Shown one piece after another: positions 58,529 to 64,000 of a DNA stretch of 64,000 nt. Below the pieces are notes generated by a model that was given only the letters and a program-made list of their open reading frames with translations, ran no database searches and was not told the origin of the DNA. Made by a program: the position numbers and the translations under genes. Position 1 is the first letter of the stretch; every line of letters starts with the position of its first letter. The stretch is from Spirosomataceae bacterium (lineage in GTDB: Bacteria; Bacteroidota; Bacteroidia; Cytophagales; Spirosomataceae), in contig JBKBLN010000002.1 in assembly GCA_046296415.1 (NCBI GenBank), positions 502,370-566,369 of the forward strand. Direction: 5' to 3'.

Positions 58529-59628
58529 ACAGCACGGAGAAAGGGTTTTTTAGGCAGTTTGCTAAACAATAACACTTCCTCCCACCAACTAGTTTGCTCT
58601 TTTAAAAACTTAAATGTTCGATCTAAAGGAACTCGATTTAATAAAGCATCAAAAACCGGTATCGATTGAGAGGAATGATTCTGTAAGATATGCAAAAGCA
58701 GGAGATCATACACTCGAAATCGAATCGAAGATGCATTCTTCTTTTTGGAAGTTGAAAAGTACACAGCTGCCATCTCTTTCGAATGCTCCCAAATACGATA
58801 AAAAGCATACCCAGTGGATGGCTTGATTTTTCCTGCACCTCCCCCAATGAATTGAATTCCCTCCGGCGATTGAGCAAGAAATGCCCCACCGTACATAGGA
58901 ATACAGCCTTCTTCTTGGTCTACTACTTTCCAATTCCCTCCCCATCGTTGGCTAATTTCCATCAAATGCTGTTCATATTCCCTTTTGGACCATACCGTTG
59001 GGGAAAATACCGTAAATTCGACCAATGCCTCCGTGGCAGAATACGGAAGAACATATAAAAATGCCATACCATCCAAAGGTTGTGGGACCGATAAATCCAT
59101 AAGGGTCATGGTATTGGATGCAAATCGTGGATTTTCTGTTTTTATTCTCCATCCCACAAAATGCTGTTTTAAGTGCAAATCATGCCCCACTAAGGGAGGA
59201 ATAATGGATGAGAATATTCGGTTCGCCCGGATCTTTCCTTGTGAGGTTTCTACTAAAACACCGGATATCGAGGTAACTTTTGCTTGAATAAATTCAATTG
59301 GAAATTGATCAAGAAGGGGGCGATGAAAGTCGAAAAAGTCTTGACTTGAAATCTGTTGATATTTAAAATCTTGTAGGCAATAGACCGTGGAATGTTGTGA
59401 TGAATCGATGACTTCGATATTTGACCACTGATGTGAAACGATTTGGGGGTATATCAATTCTTGAGGAGACGCCCAAAAGCACCAGGTTTTCTCGGCCGCT
59501 CCCCATGGCAATTCGTCAACCAAAACGATTGATTCATGATGGTAATTAGGGTGCGAGACCAACTGATACATCAGCTGCAAGCCAGCGCACCCAGCTCCCA
59601 CAATCAGAATGTCCGTTGTTCGCTCCAT
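58498..59628 (-). CDS. crtY: Lycopene beta-cyclase (CrtY/CrtL-type flavoprotein)
   Basis: FAD motif DILIVGAGCAGL, plus KTWCFW, LKQHFVGW, FLYVLPYS...ALVEFT.FS, EEGCIPM and GGGAGKIKPSTGY. Confidence 0.8.
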   Translation of the reverse strand: MERTTDILIVGAGCAGLQLMYQLVSHPNYHHESIVLVDELPWGAAEKTWCFWASPQELIYPQIVSHQWSNIEVIDSSQHSTVYCLQDFKYQQISSQDFFDFHRPLLDQFPIEFIQAKVTSISGVLVETSQGKIRANRIFSSIIPPLVGHDLHLKQHFVGWRIKTENPRFASNTMTLMDLSVPQPLDGMAFLYVLPYSATEALVEFTVFSPTVWSKREYEQHLMEISQRWGGNWKVVDQEEGCIPMYGGAFLAQSPEGIQFIGGGAGKIKPSTGYAFYRIWEHSKEMAAVYFSTSKKKNASSIRFRVYDLLLLHILQNHSSQSIPVFDALLNRVPLDRTFKFLKEQTSWWEEVLLFSKLPKKPFLRAVWERILNIIF

Positions 59629-59727
59629 GTTTAGGTTGTTGATGTTTCCTAACAACCTATAATACAAGGAATTGTTAAAAAAAAGAGGCCTACTGTGAGG
59701 CCTCTTCCTGAAAGTTTATCATTAGAA

Positions 59728-60945
59728 TTAATGAGCAGCGTTTCCTTCTGCTTTTTTATTCCGCATGACAAAGAAAAGGACAATAAACGCAATCGTCAAA
59801 ATCGCGGGGATCACCGCGATGTTATCCAAAGTAGCTTGGCCGGCGGCTAATTCCATAGCGTCCCCTACCAATCCAGCCTCTGAAGCTTTTGCTTTTTCGG
59901 CATCCAACCAGCCACCAATGATCGGTTGGAAGATCGACACGCCCACCATCCCGGCGCCCCCAATGAGGGACATACCCAAGGCACCTGTCTTAGGTAGGTA
60001 AACGGCCACAAAGGAAATCATGTTGGGCCAGAAATAACAAACGCCAACGGCAAATAAAACGGCTGCAAGATACACCATGCCACCGGTAGCTTGACTCATC
60101 AACACAATGGCGAGGGTCGAAATAACGGCAGAGGCCAACAGAACACCCGTGATATTCAAACGATGAATCAATGGGCCAGCAAAATAACGGCCGACTGCCA
60201 TAAGACCTGTCACCATAGCCAAAATTAGAAGAGGTTGTGCACCGGCAGCACCCAGAATCCGCTCTACCCAACTTTGTGTACCTAATTCGGTAGTAGCCGT
60301 CATGATCATGCATACCAGCATCAACCAATAAAGTGGGGAAGAGAGAATTGCCTTCAAGTTTTCAGCAGTGGAGCCGTTTCCTTCGACTTTATGCTCAGGA
60401 AATTGCTGACCATAGAACAAGAAACCGTAAATGGCCATGGGGATGTACATCACGGCAATTTTAATTTGCCATCCCATACCGGCATTGGTTAAGAACGTAG
60501 CGATCAAAGAACCGATGGCTATTCCTCCGGGAAACCAAACGTGAAATTTGTTCAACATGGTGGCTTTGTTCTCATCATACATATTGGCAATCATGGGGTT
60601 GTAGGCTGCTTCCACCATCCCGTTACCAAAGCTGATAAAGAAAGTCGAGAAGAACAATGGCCAATAGCTTGTGGACAAAATGGAGAAAGTGATTCCTGCC
60701 AAATGACAAAAGAAAGCCACCCAACCCAATTTTTTAGGACCGAGTGTATTGTAAAGAGGGCCACCCACTAGCGTGGCAATGGGAAATCCAAAGATTCCCA
60801 TAAAGTTGATCCACCCCAACTGGGTATCGTTCAAATTAAAATCACTAGCAAGATCGTTCATGATCCCCGCTCGAATACCAAAAGCAAAAGCGGTGGTAAT
60901 CAGGGCAAAACAACTCGCCAAAAAGAGTCGATTTTTGTTTAACAT
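59728..60945 (-). CDS. MFS sugar transporter (FucP / glucose-galactose transporter-like)
   Basis: 405 aa, 12 TM helices. N-terminal LASCFALITTAFAFGIR and NFMGIFGFPI patterns are typical of the FucP-like subfamily. Confidence 0.8.
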   Translation of the reverse strand: MLNKNRLFLASCFALITTAFAFGIRAGIMNDLASDFNLNDTQLGWINFMGIFGFPIATLVGGPLYNTLGPKKLGWVAFFCHLAGITFSILSTSYWPLFFSTFFISFGNGMVEAAYNPMIANMYDENKATMLNKFHVWFPGGIAIGSLIATFLTNAGMGWQIKIAVMYIPMAIYGFLFYGQQFPEHKVEGNGSTAENLKAILSSPLYWLMLVCMIMTATTELGTQSWVERILGAAGAQPLLILAMVTGLMAVGRYFAGPLIHRLNITGVLLASAVISTLAIVLMSQATGGMVYLAAVLFAVGVCYFWPNMISFVAVYLPKTGALGMSLIGGAGMVGVSIFQPIIGGWLDAEKAKASEAGLVGDAMELAAGQATLDNIAVIPAILTIAFIVLFFVMRNKKAEGNAAH

Positions 60946-60979
60946 AAATGAGTAGGTTTAAGGGTTTGATTCGCACCGC

Positions 60980-60987
60980 CAAAAATA
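60980..60987 (-). promoter_or_regulatory. Candidate -7 promoter box TATTTTTG (minus strand) for the MFS gene
   Basis: Exact consensus 34 nt upstream of ATG 60945. Confidence 0.4.
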
Positions 60988-61089
60988 CAGGAAAATAAGA
61001 AGGTTCAAAAAAGAATCCAATAAATTGTAGAAATGACAATTTTTCTGGCGTTTCGTCGAATCAAGGTTCGGGCATCTTGGAGGAATTTG

Positions 61090-61097
61090 TATCTTTG
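61090..61097 (+). promoter_or_regulatory. Candidate -7 promoter box TATCTTTG for the oxidoreductase-TIM barrel operon
   Basis: Exact consensus ending 46 nt before ATG 61144. Divergent from the MFS promoter. Confidence 0.45.
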
Positions 61098-61143
61098 GCT
61101 TATTGAACATTTCATTCATTCACCCTAAAAACAATTGAAAAGT

Positions 61144-62295
61144 ATGCAAAGGAAAATAAGAATGGGCATGGTTGGAGGTGGTCGTGGGGCCTTTATTGGA
61201 GCTGTTCACCGCACCGCTGCAGCCATCGACGGCGAAATTGAACTTGTCTGTGGGGCGTTCAGTGGAAATCCCGAAAAATCCATTCTTTCAGGACAAGATT
61301 TGATGCTTGCCCCGGATCGTTGTTATGGAACTTTCGAGGAAATGATCCTTAAAGAAAAAGAACGACCCGATGGTATGGATGTAGTCTCGATCGTGACACC
61401 CAATCATTTGCATTTCGCCCCGGCAAAAATGGCGCTAGAGAACGGGTTCGATGTAATTTGTGACAAACCTGTGACATTTTCACTAGAAGAAGCCCTAACG
61501 TTAAAAGAAATTATTCAAAAAACGGGAAGAACTTTTGCTCTCACCCACACTTACACGGGCTACCCTATGGTGAAAGAGGCCCGGGAACTTATCAAACAGG
61601 GGGTGCTTGGTACCATCCGGAAAGTGATGGTGGAATATCCTCAAGGTTGGTTATCCCATTATGTAGAAGGAGGCGAAAATAAACAAGCCAATTGGCGGAC
61701 TGACCCGAGCCAATCCGGTCAAGGAGGGGCATTGGGGGATATCGGTACACATGCGGAAAATTTGGCTGAAACAATCACTGGGCTTCATATCACCCAAGTG
61801 TGTGCAGATGTTTCGATCATGGTTGAAGGACGACTCCTTGATGATGATGCCAATGTATTGATACGATTCAACAATGGGGCAAAAGGTGTATTGTCGTGTT
61901 CCCAAATAGCCAATGGAGAAGAAAATTCACTGAAAATTCGGGTTTATGGTGAAAATGGCAGCTTAGAATGGCATCAAATGGAACCCAATACCTTGTATCA
62001 TCGGACCCAATATGACCATACGCGCATCATTCGCCCGGGGGTTGGCAATTTGAGCGAATCCGCGAAGGCCCATATCCGAGTACCATCAGGACACCCGGAA
62101 GGTTATTTCGAGGCGTTCGCAAATATTTACCGAAACTTTGCTCGAACCGTCCGGAAACGTATGAATGGAGAAACCCCCAATGCTATTGATTTGGACTTCC
62201 CTACCATTGAAGAGGGAATCCGAGGAATGTTGTTTGTCGAAAAAGTATTGGAATCCAGTAAGTCAGAGCAAAAGTGGATATCCATTCCGGAATAA
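61144..62295 (+). CDS. Gfo/Idh/MocA family oxidoreductase
   Basis: Rossmann N-terminus IRMGMVGGGRGAFIG and the typical C-terminal alpha/beta dimerisation domain. Confidence 0.9.
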   Translation: MQRKIRMGMVGGGRGAFIGAVHRTAAAIDGEIELVCGAFSGNPEKSILSGQDLMLAPDRCYGTFEEMILKEKERPDGMDVVSIVTPNHLHFAPAKMALENGFDVICDKPVTFSLEEALTLKEIIQKTGRTFALTHTYTGYPMVKEARELIKQGVLGTIRKVMVEYPQGWLSHYVEGGENKQANWRTDPSQSGQGGALGDIGTHAENLAETITGLHITQVCADVSIMVEGRLLDDDANVLIRFNNGAKGVLSCSQIANGEENSLKIRVYGENGSLEWHQMEPNTLYHRTQYDHTRIIRPGVGNLSESAKAHIRVPSGHPEGYFEAFANIYRNFARTVRKRMNGETPNAIDLDFPTIEEGIRGMLFVEKVLESSKSEQKWISIPE

Positions 62296-62400
62296 CAAAG
62301 TGGAAAACTGGCTTTTCAAATTAATGCCTTTTTTTCCTGATAAATTTTGGAAATTGAGGTTGAATCTAGCCGGTTCTTTGTTCTATTCACTCGTACGATT

Positions 62401-62937
62401 ATGAAAAAACACCATGTACTCTCCATTTTACTTTTAGTCGCCGGAATATCGCCTGGTGCTTTGGCCCAAGCCATGGCCAATTTAACCGAAGATAAGCCTT
62501 ACATCGAAAATGGGATTGAATACAGCTATTCAATCACAAATGCCCGAGATGAAAAGGATTATTCTAGGTTTGAAGTCAGTATTTTTGCCCGTAATAAAAG
62601 CGGCTGCCAGCTCATCTATTTAAATCGAGGTGAAGTGGCGCAAGCATTTGATGGAGACCCTGCCGCAGTGGCTCGATTTGAGTGCATCAATGCCACCGGG
62701 CGACGACTAACGTCCAAGGGCGCCAATCTCCGGGCCCGGCCCTTCTCAGTACCCTATGCTCAACCCAATAAAGGCGCTGATGGCAAAACAACGTTTACGA
62801 CCATTCGGGTACCTGCGGGTTTTTTATTGCGAAACGGGGAAACTTTAGCAAATAATATCATTGTCATCACCCCGTTAGGAGAAAAACCTGTTTTCAAAGT
62901 AAGAATCCAAAATTTTTCTGAATTAACACAAGATTAA
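62401..62937 (+). CDS. Hypothetical secreted protein
   Basis: Signal peptide MKKHHVLSILLLVAGISPGALAQA. No recognisable domain. Confidence 0.5.
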   Translation: MKKHHVLSILLLVAGISPGALAQAMANLTEDKPYIENGIEYSYSITNARDEKDYSRFEVSIFARNKSGCQLIYLNRGEVAQAFDGDPAAVARFECINATGRRLTSKGANLRARPFSVPYAQPNKGADGKTTFTTIRVPAGFLLRNGETLANNIIVITPLGEKPVFKVRIQNFSELTQD

Positions 62938-62949
62938 CGTTCAACCATA

Positions 62950-64000
62950 ATGAAAACCATCAAAGGACCGGCTATCTTTTTGGCACAATTTATCGGAGAT
63001 GAAGCCCCTTTCAACTCCCTAGATTCAATTACCGACTACATGGCCAATCTTGGCTACAAAGGTGTACAAATCCCCACGTGGGATCCACGTATGATCGACC
63101 TCAAGTTAGCCGCCGAGTCAAAAACCTATTGCGACGAACTTTCCGGAAAATTGGCTGATAAAGGGTTAGCAATTACCGAGCTTTCTACTCACCTTCAGGG
63201 CCAACTAATCGCCTCCCATCCTGCCTACAATGCCATGTTCGATGCATTTGCACCTAAGGAAGTACACGGTGATGAGCCTGCACGACGAGCTTGGGCCACC
63301 CAACAGTTGACCTATGCAGCCCAAGCCTCGCAAAATCTGGGGCTTTCCTCTCATGTGGGCTTTTCAGGTGCCCTAGCTTGGCCTTTTTTATATCCTTGGC
63401 CTCAACGTCCATCTGGTTTGATTGAAACCGCTTTTCAAGAACTAGCCAATCGTTGGCGCCCTATTCTTGATGTATTTGACCAAAATGGCGTAGATTATTG
63501 CTACGAATTGCATCCAGGCGAGGATTTGTATGATGGGTCTACCTTTGAGATGTTCCTCGATTACCTTGATGGACATACCCGTGCCAACATTAATTACGAT
63601 CCCTCCCATTTTGTCCTCCAATGTTTGGATTATGTATCCTTCATTGATCTTTACCATGACCGGATCAAAGCTTTCCATGTAAAAGATGCCGAATTTAATC
63701 CATCCGGAAAACAAGGAGTCTACTCAGGCTACGCTGGTTGGGCCAATCGAGCTGGCAGATTTAGATCTTTGGGCGATGGACAAGTGGATTTCTCGGCTAT
63801 TTTCTCCAAATTATCTCAATATGACTACGATTCTTGGGCAGTTTTGGAATGGGAATGCTGCATAAAATCCTCTGAACAAGGAGCTCGAGAAGGCGCTCCA
63901 TTTATCGAACAACACATTATTGAGGTTGCCACACGCGCTTTTGACGATTTCGCCGCCACTGGAACCGATGAGGCGTTTAACCGCCAGGTATTGGGGTTAT
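62950..64000 (+). CDS. Sugar phosphate isomerase/epimerase (xylose isomerase-like TIM barrel), 3' end beyond window
   Basis: Not in the ORF track. My own translation from ATG 62950 is open for 350 codons to the window edge (MKTIKGPAIFLAQFIGDEAPF...YELHPGEDL...NYDPSHFVLQ...FHVKDAEF...WAVLEWEC). The metal-ligand pattern E/D/H/E is typical of this fold. Confidence 0.85.
   Translation, partial: MKTIKGPAIFLAQFIGDEAPFNSLDSITDYMANLGYKGVQIPTWDPRMIDLKLAAESKTYCDELSGKLADKGLAITELSTHLQGQLIASHPAYNAMFDAFAPKEVHGDEPARRAWATQQLTYAAQASQNLGLSSHVGFSGALAWPFLYPWPQRPSGLIETAFQELANRWRPILDVFDQNGVDYCYELHPGEDLYDGSTFEMFLDYLDGHTRANINYDPSHFVLQCLDYVSFIDLYHDRIKAFHVKDAEFNPSGKQGVYSGYAGWANRAGRFRSLGDGQVDFSAIFSKLSQYDYDSWAVLEWECCIKSSEQGAREGAPFIEQHIIEVATRAFDDFAATGTDEAFNRQVLGL

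Noticed and set aside
57344-60945. A search for a hidden opsin next to crtY-blh, with the DUF3817 protein and the 405-aa MFS protein as candidates.
   Set aside because: The DUF3817 protein has only 3 TM helices in 97 aa. The MFS protein has 12 TM helices with sugar-transporter motifs. Neither has a 7-TM layout or a retinal-binding Lys context.
63442-63714. A 90-aa minus-strand ORF, the only ORF-track entry in the last 1 kb.
   Set aside because: It is antisense to a 350-codon open + strand frame (62950..64000) encoding a clear xylose-isomerase-like TIM-barrel protein. The track omits that frame only because it has no stop codon in the window.

Overview
This window is a densely coding chromosomal segment. 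I call 64 protein-coding genes, and the largest non-coding gaps are about 300 bp. It looks like core genome of a Bacteroidota bacterium, probably Cytophagales- or Sphingobacteriales-like. That assignment is inferred from 21 exact TAnnTTTG -7 promoter boxes placed just upstream of start codons, and from HmuY-like, Bat-like, DUF4254+GT9 and DUF2911 gene content.

Most genes are housekeeping:
- Central and nucleotide metabolism: pgi, pgk, gltA, purC, pyrE, upp, alaA, nadB, coaD.
- Translation and DNA/RNA functions: rpsF-rpsR-rplI, recQ, miaA.
- Envelope: lptB, kpsF.

Accessory-looking modules, in order:
1. A six-gene heme-uptake locus (positions 1-6567).
2. A ChrB-AraC fusion, small OM protein and ChrA chromate module (34.1-36.8 kb).
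3. A five-gene ABC/FtsX/DUF3299-like/OM-barrel/DUF3817 operon (54.5-57.6 kb).
4. A crtY-blh retinal-synthesis pair with no opsin gene nearby (57.6-59.6 kb).
5. An MFS, Gfo/Idh/MocA and TIM-barrel sugar cluster running off the 3' edge. Its last gene, 62950..64000, is missing from the ORF track because it has no stop codon in the window.
6. A full-length alkylglycerol-monooxygenase (AGMO/TMEM195)-like membrane enzyme (29062..30330).

I could not support any rRNA, tRNA, CRISPR array, transposase or integrase, or recognisable anti-phage defence system. I see no compelling wholly novel multi-gene system. The best candidates for follow-up are the five-gene envelope operon, the orphan crtY-blh pair with a possibly atypical Blh, the AGMO-like enzyme, and the ChrB-AraC fusion. 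All functional calls come from reading the translated ORFs by eye; no database search was run.
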